Positions 49,110-59,019 are shown, counted from the stretch's first letter. The stretch: 64,000 bases of DNA from Polyangiaceae bacterium (GCA_965222375.1 CBDCTZ010000014.1:544001-608000), one strand, 5' to 3'. Notes: generated by a model from the sequence alone, not told the origin. Numbers and translations: made by a program.

Positions 49110-49124
49110 CCCGCCGGTGACGAG

Positions 49125-50027
49125 CTAGAGGAGCAGTCGAGAAGGTGGCATCCGGTCACCGCCTTCGAGTTGAGCGTTCAGCTCCGCGCCCACGAGCATG
49201 GCGAAGCACCAAATCCAGATCCACGCCATGGCGATCGCGACGGCGGCAAGGCTGCCGTAGAAGAGCGCGAACTCGGCGATGGTGCGCGCGTAGTACGCGA
49301 ACAAAAAGGAGGAGAGCCCGCCGATAGCCACCGTCAGGCTGGCTCCTGGCCAAACCCTCCGCCTAACCCCAGGCCGTCGAACCGCAATGCGGAAGAAGCC
49401 CGCAAGGCCGGCAGTTGCCCCTAGAAGAATCAGTCCTAGCGCGACACCCTTGCCCACGGGAGTGTCCCAGCCACCATCTACACGCAGTTCGTGGAGGATT
49501 GCGATGGGGCCACCCGCGAGCCATACGCCGAGTATGCCGATCCCGGTGAACGCCAACACCGTGGCCAGAACGCACCCCAAAGCGATGAGCCGCTTTCGCC
49601 ACCAGGCCCGCCGCGGCGCGCCCACCATGACTTCGAAGACCGACATCAAGGTGTGGTAGGCGCCCGAGGCGAGCCATAGCGTTCCAACCAACGCGAAGGG
49701 CGCGACCGCGCCTGCGGAGAATCGTTCGAAATGCCGTCGAATCAGCACGTGTACCTGGGCGGGGGTCATCTCCAGGAGTAGGGATGTGGAGCCCAACGCC
49801 TCCGGGCTCTGTCGCAACACCTGTGCGATCAGCCAGCCTGCGAAGGCCAACATCGGAATCGCTGCCAAGAATAGGTTGAACGCCATGGCGCTGGCAGCAC
49901 GACCCACCCGGTGGCGCCCCAAGCCCGACCACAGGGAATACACGCCCCGGCGGTAGGGGCCCTGGTCGAAGAACAGCGCCGTTTGCCGTCGAACCAGAGC
50001 GAGGGTTTCAGCAGTGCGTTCGTTCAT
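49125..50027 (-). CDS. YihY/BrkB virulence-factor-family membrane protein
   Basis: ASAMAFNLFLAAIPML, VWPGA, FYGSLAAV, GAELN. Confidence 0.9.
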   Translation of the reverse strand: MNERTAETLALVRRQTALFFDQGPYRRGVYSLWSGLGRHRVGRAASAMAFNLFLAAIPMLAFAGWLIAQVLRQSPEALGSTSLLLEMTPAQVHVLIRRHFERFSAGAVAPFALVGTLWLASGAYHTLMSVFEVMVGAPRRAWWRKRLIALGCVLATVLAFTGIGILGVWLAGGPIAILHELRVDGGWDTPVGKGVALGLILLGATAGLAGFFRIAVRRPGVRRRVWPGASLTVAIGGLSSFLFAYYARTIAEFALFYGSLAAVAIAMAWIWIWCFAMLVGAELNAQLEGGDRMPPSRLLL

Positions 50028-50097
50028 TGGGCGGCTGGTGCCGAGCGCCTCGTTCTGGGGTGGCGCCCGGGCGCGCGTTGGCTTAGGGCTCGGCGCT

Positions 50098-50514
50098 GTG
50101 ACGGTACATCAAGAAGCCTTCGAAGTGACAACTCGTGGCAAGGGTTTGGCCGATGTGACGCCCGAGGTCGGCGCGATTGCACGGCGCAGCGGCGTGTCAA
50201 CGGGCTCGTGCACAGTATTCGTGCAGCACACGTCGGCCAGCTTGGTGATTCAGGAAAACGCAGATCCTGCAGTGCTGCGTGACCTCGAGCGCTACTTTGC
50301 CGAGTTGGTGCCAGAGAGTCGTCGTTGGGAACACGCCGACGAAGGCCCGGACGACATGCCGGCCCACGCCCGGGCCGTCCTGACAAAAACCAGCGAAACC
50401 ATTCCAATAATGGCGGGCCGCCTGGCCCTGGGAACATGGCAGGGCCTGTATCTGTGGGAGCATCGCGCTCGACCTCACACGCGACGTCTGGTCGTCACGG
50501 TTCAAGGTGAGTAA
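50098..50514 (+). CDS. yjbQ: YjbQ-family protein (secondary thiamine-phosphate synthase)
   Basis: HTSASLVIQENADP, EGPDDMPAH, LGTWQGLYLWEHR. Confidence 0.92.
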   Translation: MTVHQEAFEVTTRGKGLADVTPEVGAIARRSGVSTGSCTVFVQHTSASLVIQENADPAVLRDLERYFAELVPESRRWEHADEGPDDMPAHARAVLTKTSETIPIMAGRLALGTWQGLYLWEHRARPHTRRLVVTVQGE

Positions 50515-50525
50515 AGGAGGTCGTG

Positions 50526-51071
50526 ATGCAAACAGAACCCTCCGAACCCACTGACGCCGAGGCCACCGGGAAGCCCTTCGGTCCCGACTTTCTGGCGGAC
50601 CTGCCTTACGAGCCGTCGGTGCTGCTGTTTGACCGCCTACTGGAGGTCGACCCGGAGCAGCAGCTGGTGCGCTGTCGAATGCCCACGGATGGTCCCATCC
50701 CTTTCATGGATCGCCAGAGGGCGCACGATGTGTTTCATCCAAGTCACGTCGCTGGTGCGGCTTTGATCCACGCCACCGGAATGCTCGGATTCATTCACGC
50801 CTACTACATCCTCGGCATGCGCCACAGCGAAGGCTGGATCGGATATGGGACGCACATCCACAAAGCGGTGTTCCGCAAACTCGTTCCGCCGGGCTCGCCT
50901 ATCGATGCGGCGTGTCGCGCTACCAAGTTGCGGCTGGGCAGGTCGCGCCACGTGATTCGCTACGAGTTCGAGTTCCGGCATGAAGGGCAGCGTTGCTACG
51001 AGGGGGATCAGACAGCGATGTGGATGAAGCTCGATCCGACTAGCGCCAAGCCTACGTCGTCGTCAGCATAG
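50526..51071 (+). CDS. Hotdog-fold protein (FabZ/FabA-like)
   Basis: LPYEPSVLLFDRLLEV, AVFRKLVPPG; AAGGAGG RBS. Confidence 0.7.
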   Translation: MQTEPSEPTDAEATGKPFGPDFLADLPYEPSVLLFDRLLEVDPEQQLVRCRMPTDGPIPFMDRQRAHDVFHPSHVAGAALIHATGMLGFIHAYYILGMRHSEGWIGYGTHIHKAVFRKLVPPGSPIDAACRATKLRLGRSRHVIRYEFEFRHEGQRCYEGDQTAMWMKLDPTSAKPTSSSA

Positions 51072-51714
51072 TCTCGGGTTTCTCCAAGAAGAAGACGCCC
51101 AAGCCATTCCAAAAGCCGTTTTCGCTGTGGTCCCCCGCGAGCCTGCGATGCCACAACACCTGGAGGCCCGCAGCGGCGATGGCTTCGCGGGTTGCGCAGC
51201 GAATGACCGGGTCGTTGTAGTCGTCCATGAGGAGCACTGAGCGGCGGGCGAGGAGGGGTGCCACTGCGCAAACTCCATGGTGAGTGCCTTCGTAGCTATG
51301 GTCTCCATCGTAGAAGTAGACGCCCACTGGACCCCGGACCAACTGGCGACGGAATAGCTCTCGGCTGGTGGTCGAGTGCACTTCAATCGTCGCGGTGTCC
51401 AGGCGATGCTTGCTCACATTGGCCAGCAGCGCTCGTCGCGCCAAGAAGCCTGGGCCGGTGAAGCGGCCCCAGAACCGGAACTTGTCGCAGCCGACGCAGC
51501 GTTTGCCACGATTGTTCCAAGCGGCAGAGAGTAGGGTGCGTCCTCGATAGGTCCCGATCTCCAGGTAGGTTTCGCCAGGGTCCATTTGGCGGACCAGTTC
51601 GTTCAGGTAGCGGCAGACCCGCGGGCTTGATAGCCCGGGTATGTCCACCAGATGCGTGGCTGACTCGAACTCGGAGTGGTCTTCGAGAATCTGTTTCGCG
51701 ATGTTGTGTTCCAA
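51052..51714 (-). CDS. Class I SAM-dependent methyltransferase (Methyltransf_24-like)
   Basis: YLEIGTYRGRT, YFYDGDHSYE, LLMDDYN; TTG start preceded by GGAGG. Confidence 0.85.
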   Translation of the reverse strand: MEHNIAKQILEDHSEFESATHLVDIPGLSSPRVCRYLNELVRQMDPGETYLEIGTYRGRTLLSAAWNNRGKRCVGCDKFRFWGRFTGPGFLARRALLANVSKHRLDTATIEVHSTTSRELFRRQLVRGPVGVYFYDGDHSYEGTHHGVCAVAPLLARRSVLLMDDYNDPVIRCATREAIAAAGLQVLWHRRLAGDHSENGFWNGLGVFFLEKPETMLTTT

Positions 51715-51902
51715 GGCATACCTCCGGCGCGACGCCTGCGCGGGGCGCCAAGTGAAGCTAATTACGCGGTGTGGAGCAAGGTTCGCGCCAGCCCGTGTGC
51801 GTGGCCGCGCGCCTGGTTGAAGCTAGAACCGCAATGTTCTGTTTCCGATGCGCAACAGTCGGCGCACTCGGCTCGAACACTGTGGCTGCTTCACCACAGA
51901 CT

Positions 51903-52334
51903 TCAGCGCTTTCGCTTCGACTTGCTTGCTCCCGAACGGTGTTCGAGGCGCAACACCAGACGCAGGCCGCTCCAGGTGTCGTCGATGGCACAAACCTTGT
52001 TGTCCACCAGCTTGCCGCCGAGTGCGAAGGCCCGGACCACGTCCTCGCTGACGTCGGTTGTTACTCCCGAGCTCTTCTTGGGCCAAGCCACCCACAGCCC
52101 ACCGTTTTCCGCCATCAGCTTGGGCAGTGTATCCAAGCGTTCTTTCAGCTTTTGCTGGGATGCCACGAAGGCGACCGCAACGTCGAACTCACCGCGGCGT
52201 CTGCGAATCCGCACACCGACGGGAAGTGGCTTCAGCAGCGTGTCGAACCCCTTGGGTGCGCCAGCTAGCAGCAGGGTAGTGCCTGGCTTGATCCCGAGTT
52301 TCTTGGGCAAAGGGGTCGACGAGTAGCCAGCCAT
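51903..52334 (-). CDS. DUF3052-like protein
   Basis: MAGYSSTPLPKKLGIK, LWVAWPKK, LVDNKVCAIDDTWSGLR. Confidence 0.85.
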   Translation of the reverse strand: MAGYSSTPLPKKLGIKPGTTLLLAGAPKGFDTLLKPLPVGVRIRRRRGEFDVAVAFVASQQKLKERLDTLPKLMAENGGLWVAWPKKSSGVTTDVSEDVVRAFALGGKLVDNKVCAIDDTWSGLRLVLRLEHRSGASKSKRKR

Positions 52335-52423
52335 GGACTGAGGATTTTGGCTACGACCCCGGATGTCAAGCCGGTCAGGTCACGGCAAGATGCACGCCAC
52401 CGGTTCCGGAGTATGATGTCCGC

Positions 52424-53425
52424 ATGAAGTTCCTGCGCCGTGGAAAGAAGATGGGTACGCGCTTGCGTCGCCGCACCGGTTCGATTCTGGTGGACAATTT
52501 TTTTCGTGGGATCTCCCGAGCCGGCAAGCTGCACCCGCACGCCCGGCCCGAGCGTCACGACGTAGTCGTGCAGCGGGACATACCGTACATGGACTCGGGA
52601 CTGCCCGAGCATCACCTGGACGTTTATCTGCCCGGGGCAGTTGCCCGAGGTGAGGTGACGTCCGCTCCATCGGTGCTCTACGTTCACGGCGGTGGGTTCC
52701 GCATTCTTAGCAAAGACACCCATTGGATCATGGGGCTGGCATTCGCTCGTCGCGGCTATGTGGTGTTCAACGTCAGCTATCGCCTGGCCCCACAGCATCC
52801 GTTCCCAGCCGCGATGACAGACGTTTGTGCCGCCCTGGACTGGGTGGGCGGAAATGCACATCGCTACGGTGCTGATCTCGAGCGTCTGGTGTTCGCGGGA
52901 GAGAGTGCGGGCGGCAACCTGGTGACTAGCCTTGCCGTGGCGACGAGCTACAAGCGACCGGAACCCTGGGCGCGCAGTCTCTTCGAAGCCGGGCATCGCG
53001 CGCGCGCAGTCGTAGCGGCGTGCGCATTGCTGCAGGTGTCGGATGCCCAGCGCTTCAAACGGCGTTGGCCCCACATGAGCGGCTTCGTGGGAGACCGACT
53101 GGCAGAGGTCACCGACGCCTACCTGGGAGAGAACCAAGTTCACGACCAGGGCCGCCACGACTTGGCAGATCCTCTGCTATTTTTGGAGCGCGGGGAGTCG
53201 CCGGACCGGCCCTTGCCAGCGTTCTTCGCCCCCTGCGGAACCAAGGACCCGCTCCTGGACGACAGCCGCCGCCTGGAGGCAGCCCTGACGCGCATGGGCG
53301 TGCCCTGTGAGGCAAAGCTCTATCCGGGTGAGGTGCACGCTTTCCATGCGCTTGTGTTCAGGCCCAACGCGAGGCGATGTTGGGCGGATACCTATGCGTT
53401 TCTCGATCGCCACGTGCCGCGCTGA
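52424..53425 (+). CDS. Alpha/beta hydrolase (HSL-type esterase/lipase)
   Basis: HGGGF, YRLAPQHPFP, GESAG, DPLLDD, HAF. Confidence 0.93.
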   Translation: MKFLRRGKKMGTRLRRRTGSILVDNFFRGISRAGKLHPHARPERHDVVVQRDIPYMDSGLPEHHLDVYLPGAVARGEVTSAPSVLYVHGGGFRILSKDTHWIMGLAFARRGYVVFNVSYRLAPQHPFPAAMTDVCAALDWVGGNAHRYGADLERLVFAGESAGGNLVTSLAVATSYKRPEPWARSLFEAGHRARAVVAACALLQVSDAQRFKRRWPHMSGFVGDRLAEVTDAYLGENQVHDQGRHDLADPLLFLERGESPDRPLPAFFAPCGTKDPLLDDSRRLEAALTRMGVPCEAKLYPGEVHAFHALVFRPNARRCWADTYAFLDRHVPR

Positions 53426-53452
53426 CCCAGCCGGGGCGCCGGTTACGTCAGT

Positions 53453-54367
53453 TCACGGACACTGCCCGGGGCGGGCGAAGACCAGCACGTACTGATGAGG
53501 CAGGATGTCCCGATCGCTGCATAATGCGTAGCCGGCGGTGGTCATTTCCTGCTGCACGGTCTTCGACGGCAGCTTGTGGGAGTCGGGGGGACCTACGGGC
53601 AACTTGCCCATGCGGAAGTCCACGATGACGACGCGCCCCTTGGGAGCCAGCTCTGTTTGCACGCCGCGGAAATAGTCCATTCGTTTTCCGATATGGTGGT
53701 ATGTGTCAACGAGCAGGACAACGTTGACACCCGCTGGTAGCTTCGGGTCGTTCTTGCCCGCCAGGACGGTCGAAACGTTCGAGAGCTTCGCGGCTTTTGC
53801 GCGCTTTTTTACGTGTTCGAGCAACTTGGGCTCGACATCGATCGCGAACACATGCCCTTTGGGTACCGCGCTTGCCAGGTGTGGCACGAAGTAGCCGGTA
53901 CCAGTCCCGATATCCGCGACCTTGTCCCCGGAGGCAAGGGTCAAGGCCTGCACTACCGCTTTGGGCTTCTGCCACGCGTCGCGAGCCGGGTCGTCGAACA
54001 CCTTGGCCCATTTCGCGGGGTCGTCGAAGCGGTGATCCGCAGTAGGGCAGGTATGGTCTACGGGGTGGTGGGGCGGGTGGGAGCCGTGGCCGTGACCGTG
54101 TGAGCCGTGATCGTGAACACTGTGCGGACCGTGGCCCAGTGGATTTGCCTTCGCCTGAGGACCGCTCTTTGGGTGTGCTTCGGGCTCTGGGCAATCGGCT
54201 GAAGCATGCGCCTCGTGTCCGCTGGGTTCGGCGGTTTCCACGGGACAGTGCTTGGCGGCTGGCTGAACTCCCGCTGTGTCCGCTGTCTTTGGCTCTGGCG
54301 CGGGGCCGTGAGCACAGGCCGCCGCTCCCAAGAGGGCCGCAGCCAGGCTCAGAGTCCGCGCGCCCAC
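53453..54367 (-). CDS. Class I SAM-dependent methyltransferase with lipoprotein-like signal and His-rich linker
   Basis: SLAAALLGAAAC; HGPHSVHDHGSHGHGHGSHPPHH; RDAWQKP, VADIGTGTGYF, DTYHHI. GTG start overlaps the radical SAM 3' end. Confidence 0.85.
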   Translation of the reverse strand: MGARTLSLAAALLGAAACAHGPAPEPKTADTAGVQPAAKHCPVETAEPSGHEAHASADCPEPEAHPKSGPQAKANPLGHGPHSVHDHGSHGHGHGSHPPHHPVDHTCPTADHRFDDPAKWAKVFDDPARDAWQKPKAVVQALTLASGDKVADIGTGTGYFVPHLASAVPKGHVFAIDVEPKLLEHVKKRAKAAKLSNVSTVLAGKNDPKLPAGVNVVLLVDTYHHIGKRMDYFRGVQTELAPKGRVVIVDFRMGKLPVGPPDSHKLPSKTVQQEMTTAGYALCSDRDILPHQYVLVFARPGQCP

Positions 54368-55224
54368 TCGGGTTTGAGAATGCGGTCGTCGCGCTCGCTC
54401 AAGATCTGCGTGAGCTCGGCGATCAGTTGCGCCTTTTGCTCCGGCAAATTCGCAGTCAATGGCAGGTAGTTGCTCGCATGATTTGCGGAAAAACGGCATT
54501 GCGATAGCTCGCTTTCATTGACGATCACGAAGAGTTCGTCGAGAAGCCCGAACTTGTCGGGCAGGGTGAACTCGCCACGGCTCTCAGCTTCGGCCAGGGG
54601 CGTGCCTGGCACGACGGTCGTGGTGAGGGCGCCAACGTAGGGCGGATCCATCCGGGTCAGGGCGCTGGCCGTTTCTTTTGCGTGCACCTCTGAGAGCTCG
54701 ACGCCCCCGACTCCCAGGAGCACCATCACGGAATGGGTGATGCCGGCGGCGCGCAGCTTGTCCGCCGTAGCTTCGCACTCTGCGCGGGTCCCGCCCTTGT
54801 CGATGCGGCGCATGACCTCGTCCGAGCCCGATTCCATCCCGTGGTAGACGATACCAAGCCCCGCGGACTGTAGCTCCCTGAGCTCGGCCTCGGTCTTGTT
54901 GCCGACACTGCGCGTGTCGCCATACACGCCGACGCGCTTCACCCAGGGCAGGTGCTCGGAGATGCCCTCGAGTACTTGCAACAGACGGCGGCTGTTCAGA
55001 ATCAAGGCGTCACCGTCACATAGAAAGACGCGTGAGAAGCGCGGCCCCATTTCCTTCGCTTCCAGAATGTCCGCTTCGATCAACTTCCAAGGTTTGGCTT
55101 GGAAGCGTTTGTCCCGATACATGTCGCAGTAGCTGCAGCGATTGTGGCTGCAGCCCACCGTCACTTGCAGCAGCAAGCTCTTGGCCTCACTGGGTGGGCG
55201 ATAAATGCGACCTACGTAGTCCAC
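54349..55224 (-). CDS. Radical SAM protein (uncharacterised subgroup, no SPASM domain)
   Basis: IYRPPSEA; CSHNRCSYC (CxxxCxxC); FLCDGDAL; GMESGS; NHASNY. Confidence 0.92.
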   Translation of the reverse strand: MDYVGRIYRPPSEAKSLLLQVTVGCSHNRCSYCDMYRDKRFQAKPWKLIEADILEAKEMGPRFSRVFLCDGDALILNSRRLLQVLEGISEHLPWVKRVGVYGDTRSVGNKTEAELRELQSAGLGIVYHGMESGSDEVMRRIDKGGTRAECEATADKLRAAGITHSVMVLLGVGGVELSEVHAKETASALTRMDPPYVGALTTTVVPGTPLAEAESRGEFTLPDKFGLLDELFVIVNESELSQCRFSANHASNYLPLTANLPEQKAQLIAELTQILSERDDRILKPEWARGL

Positions 55225-55298
55225 GAGCCGGGCAGTATGGCAAAAATCCCTGTGCGTGCGACTTTGTTCCACTTCTCGGAAATGCGAAACTGCCCTGC

Positions 55299-55706
55299 AT
55301 GGGCGGAGACGACGCCGGCCGTGGCGACAAGGACGAGAAAAAGCCGCAGGGCGCGAGCCGGGATCGGGACGCGATTCTCGCCCGGCGCAAGTTTTTCATC
55401 GCTTCGGCGCTCGCGGGCATTGCCGCTACCAGTTGCGACAAAGATCCGAAAGTCTGCCTGAACATCGCCCAGCCTCAACGCGAGGACGCGGCTGCACCCA
55501 TGCCCTGCTTGGAGCCACCGCCCAAGCCGCAGCCGGAGGCTCAGGCCGAGCCGACCGCGTCCGCGTCGCCCACGGCCTCGACTCCTGTGCCGGATCCCAC
55601 CAAGCCGCCGGAGCCGTCGGTGTGTCTGAAAGTGGCCGAACCGCCGAAACCGGCGCCGAGGCCCCGGGTCTGCCTCAAGGTCGCGGTGCCGAAGGACGAC
55701 GACTAG
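55299..55706 (+). CDS. Small Pro-rich Tat-like lipoprotein with four P-x-[VP]-C-L repeats
   Basis: ILARRKFFIASALAGIAATSC, then PKVCL, PMPCL, PSVCL, PRVCL. Confidence 0.75.
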   Translation: MGGDDAGRGDKDEKKPQGASRDRDAILARRKFFIASALAGIAATSCDKDPKVCLNIAQPQREDAAAPMPCLEPPPKPQPEAQAEPTASASPTASTPVPDPTKPPEPSVCLKVAEPPKPAPRPRVCLKVAVPKDDD

Positions 55707-57055
55707 GCACCTTTTCGCGACGCGAGCCTTTTCAATGCCGCGTCCAGCCGCATTTCGGTGACTCTGCGCTCGCTCTCTTCGTAACTCAGCCCGTAGTACA
55801 CGAAGGTCGGTAGAAACGAGATGCGCGACAGCTGCGCTGTCACGGTGTACGCGCGGTCGACGACCCGCAGCCGGCCAGACAGGAGCAGCTCGCCCCAGGC
55901 AGCCTGGCCCCGGAGCACGCTCACGAGGTCATCCGAGGTGACCTGGTTGAGCAGGTCGTAGTCGTGCGCAGGGCGGTCGCTCAGGCGAGCTCCCGCATGG
56001 TCTAGCTCGATGCAGAAGTGCAGAGGCGCGGCTCCGGTGAGGACCTCGAGAACCAAGAGCAGCGAAGCTGAGGGTTCTTGCTCTGAAAGCCCTGGCAACA
56101 AGCGCGATTGCACCCAGGTGGTGATCTCTTCCCGATGCGAGTCAGCGTCGTCCGTACTTCCCTCCATGGGCAGCAATGCAGTTGGGTGAAAAAGAGGCGG
56201 ATGGTCCGGGCCCACATCCGCGAGCAGGGACGAGGCTCCGGCTTGGGGGCTGACCCGCCCATTGGCGACGCGAAAGCTCTGACCGAGTTCCGGGAAAACG
56301 ATGTTCCGGCTTGGGGCTACCTGGCTCAGGTCCCGCACGAAGCGCTCGGGATGCACCGGGTAGACCAGCGCGTTCATGTGCTCGTAGGCCGTGCAGTGGC
56401 GCGTTGCGGAGCTACTCGCGAGCAGAGTGCAAGCGCCCGTCGCGGCAGCTTCTTGCAGCAGGGTGTTGTAGGCGTCGAAGGGAAAGCCGAGGCTGTTGCC
56501 CAAGATTGCGTCGACTTCTTTGAGGGGCTGCCAACGGATCAGCGCTGCATCCAGGGTTTCGGTATTGGTCGCATCCAAGCTCGCCCGAGCCAGCGCTTCG
56601 ACCTCCTGGGGGCTCGAGAACACGCAGTCCACGAGATTCCAGACGCAGGCGCTGTCGCCTGCGACAAAGAAGCCGCACTCGGGCTCTGCAGCCAGCGACG
56701 GCGTGGCAACGACGTCCGCGCCCTGGAGTTGTACCCGCTGCCCGGGTGCAAGCTCCTGGCAGGTTCGAAAACCGGCTCGGGTGGCGATGTTGCAGACCCA
56801 AGGGTCCGGCGAAAGCAGGACGCTATCCGGATCGAAATCCGCGAGCAGCACCAGGCTCTGAACGTCGAAGTGATCTGGGTGAGCGTGGGACACGAAGATG
56901 AAATCGGGCTTCAGAGCTTTGGCCAGGAGCCTTCGGCGGGGCACGGTTTCGAACACGCCGCCGTAGTGGGTCTCCTCCAAAAGCGGATCGAACAGCAGAC
57001 GAACTCCCCCTGCCTCTGCAAGCCAACCCGCGTGTCCCAAGTACGTCCACTGCAT
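55703..57055 (-). CDS. Metallo-beta-lactamase-fold hydrolase with C-terminal extension
   Basis: MQWTYLGHAGWL, LLFDP, SHAHPDHFD (HxHxDH). Confidence 0.85.
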   Translation of the reverse strand: MQWTYLGHAGWLAEAGGVRLLFDPLLEETHYGGVFETVPRRRLLAKALKPDFIFVSHAHPDHFDVQSLVLLADFDPDSVLLSPDPWVCNIATRAGFRTCQELAPGQRVQLQGADVVATPSLAAEPECGFFVAGDSACVWNLVDCVFSSPQEVEALARASLDATNTETLDAALIRWQPLKEVDAILGNSLGFPFDAYNTLLQEAAATGACTLLASSSATRHCTAYEHMNALVYPVHPERFVRDLSQVAPSRNIVFPELGQSFRVANGRVSPQAGASSLLADVGPDHPPLFHPTALLPMEGSTDDADSHREEITTWVQSRLLPGLSEQEPSASLLLVLEVLTGAAPLHFCIELDHAGARLSDRPAHDYDLLNQVTSDDLVSVLRGQAAWGELLLSGRLRVVDRAYTVTAQLSRISFLPTFVYYGLSYEESERRVTEMRLDAALKRLASRKGA

Positions 57056-57104
57056 GCTTCGCGACCCGCCGCGCAGTCTATGGCACGATACGCCGGTTTT
57101 CGAC

Positions 57105-58391
57105 ATGCAACGTCCTGGCGTGCATCTGGGGGTGGCCTTGGCTCTCGTGATCGCTGCGAGTGCGTGCGCGTCCCAGGAACCCATGCCAGCCCTCGAGCGC
57201 GCTCTGCCGACGGCGCAGGACCGCGTGCGGCGGACCCTGGCAGCTCAGACGTGCCCGCGCGACGTTTGGCCCGTGCTGGCCCACGACCCCCAGCGCAGCA
57301 ATGCGTCGAAGGCTTGCTGCGGCAGCCCCCTCTCCTTGGAGTTCCGATTTCAGCCGCCGGATCTGCTTCACCGACCAGCACGGATCCACCACGTAGTGTC
57401 GGATGGTCGAACGCTATATGCCAGCGCCAGGCTGGGCGAGTCCCCGGCGGTGATGGCTGTCGACTTCACCGGCAAGTTGAAGTGGACCTTCGACAGTCAT
57501 GTGGACATCACGCGCCATCACTGGCCAGCGATCGTCCTCGACCGCGTCGTGTTGAACGATGACGGCCTGTATATCTTGGAACGCGGCACTGGCCGCCGCG
57601 AAGTGGACCGTGGCCTGGACTCCTGGGGTGAGGTGCTCACGGACCAACGAAACCTCTTTGCCAACAACACGTGGCATATCGCGGGCCCAAAGCTCTACGT
57701 CGGAGCGCTGGAATCCGGGGGCGCGCCCTTGTGGACCCGAAACACCCTCGGAGTCAGTCGAGAGGATTACTTGGACCGAGCCGGTGGGATCGCACTGAAT
57801 GCCTCCACGCTGCTGCAGACTTTGGACACCCGCCCCAATGAGCCAAGTGGGATCTTCGCTTTTAGTACGAAGGACGGCCGACGGCTGTGGAGAGCCGACG
57901 CGATTCCGGCGAGCAGAATCAGCACCTATGCGGGCAGAGTCTATGTCATCGAGCGCGAAGTCAGCCGCAGGTCCTTCCACCTCGTATCGCGCTCGCTTGC
58001 AGCGGGAGAAGTGTTCTTTCGTACCGCCGTCGACGCCGCCGAGGCGGAGGCGCCGACGATTGCTGCCGGCCGCATCCTGCTTCGCACCAAGACGGGGACG
58101 CTGCTCGCCTTCGATGCTCAAACCGGGAAGGAAGTCTGGCGTCGCCCCTCCAAGGAACTACGACGGACGGAGCTCTTTCGCTCCTCCACCTTCGCCGTGG
58201 CACAGGGCAGCCGCAGCGTGATCACCAGCGAGGGTCGCGAGCTTGCGCTGCTCGACTTGGCCACGGGTCGTGAAACCTGGCGCGGCCAGCCCACCGGCGC
58301 CAAGGGGGTCCTGCACAGTCCGATCATCGTCGCGGGACGAGTTGTGGTCGTGGATGCCAAGGGGTTCTTGGTGCTGAGCTGCGGGCGCTGA
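57105..58391 (+). CDS. PQQ-like beta-propeller lipoprotein
   Basis: Lipobox ASAC; WPVLAHDPQRS; blades AFSTKDGRRLW, AFDAQTGKEVW, LDLATGRETW. Confidence 0.85.
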   Translation: MQRPGVHLGVALALVIAASACASQEPMPALERALPTAQDRVRRTLAAQTCPRDVWPVLAHDPQRSNASKACCGSPLSLEFRFQPPDLLHRPARIHHVVSDGRTLYASARLGESPAVMAVDFTGKLKWTFDSHVDITRHHWPAIVLDRVVLNDDGLYILERGTGRREVDRGLDSWGEVLTDQRNLFANNTWHIAGPKLYVGALESGGAPLWTRNTLGVSREDYLDRAGGIALNASTLLQTLDTRPNEPSGIFAFSTKDGRRLWRADAIPASRISTYAGRVYVIEREVSRRSFHLVSRSLAAGEVFFRTAVDAAEAEAPTIAAGRILLRTKTGTLLAFDAQTGKEVWRRPSKELRRTELFRSSTFAVAQGSRSVITSEGRELALLDLATGRETWRGQPTGAKGVLHSPIIVAGRVVVVDAKGFLVLSCGR

Positions 58392-58443
58392 AAACGCAGC
58401 TTGACGCGCGGCGCTGCGCGCAACAAACGAAGCGAGCAACAAC

Positions 58444-59016
58444 ATGCTCGACTTGCGCGCTCCCACGCCCAAAGATTGGATAGAGGTTGTCCTCGGGGAC
58501 TTCGACGCGTTCTTGGTGGACCACGCGGCCTGCGAGCGCAAGGCCAGCGCCACGGGCATGTCTCTAGTCGTGAAGTACCCGGATCGAGCCGAGATGCTCG
58601 ACGCGTTGATCGAGTTTTCCAGAGAGGAACTCGAGCACTTCCACATCGTCTACCGCTTGTGCGCGAAGCGTGGCCTGGTCCTGGCCGACGATTACCGAGA
58701 CGACTACGTGCGGGGCCTTCGGCAGCTCGCCCGCACCGGCTCCGAGTGGCTGTTGTTGGACCGACTGCTAGTTGCGGGCGTCGTAGAGGCCAGAGGCTGC
58801 GAACGGCTGGGCCTCGTAGCGGACGGGCTGCAGGACCCGACCCTCAAGGGCATCTACCACGATCTGACCAAAGCCGAGGCGCGGCATCATGGCCTGTTCT
58901 TTCGGTTGGCCCGTCTCTACTACCCGGAGCGCGTCGTGCAGGACCGTGCCGACGAGATGCTGGACGTTGAAGCGAAGCTGATGGCGGACTTGCCGCTGCG
59001 CCCGGCCGTGCACTGA
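58444..59016 (+). CDS. miaE: tRNA-(ms2io6A37) hydroxylase
   Basis: FLVDHAACERKAS, EELEHF, LLVAGVVEARGCER, EARH (di-iron ferritin-like ligands). Confidence 0.9.
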   Translation: MLDLRAPTPKDWIEVVLGDFDAFLVDHAACERKASATGMSLVVKYPDRAEMLDALIEFSREELEHFHIVYRLCAKRGLVLADDYRDDYVRGLRQLARTGSEWLLLDRLLVAGVVEARGCERLGLVADGLQDPTLKGIYHDLTKAEARHHGLFFRLARLYYPERVVQDRADEMLDVEAKLMADLPLRPAVH

Positions 59017-59019
59017 GTC

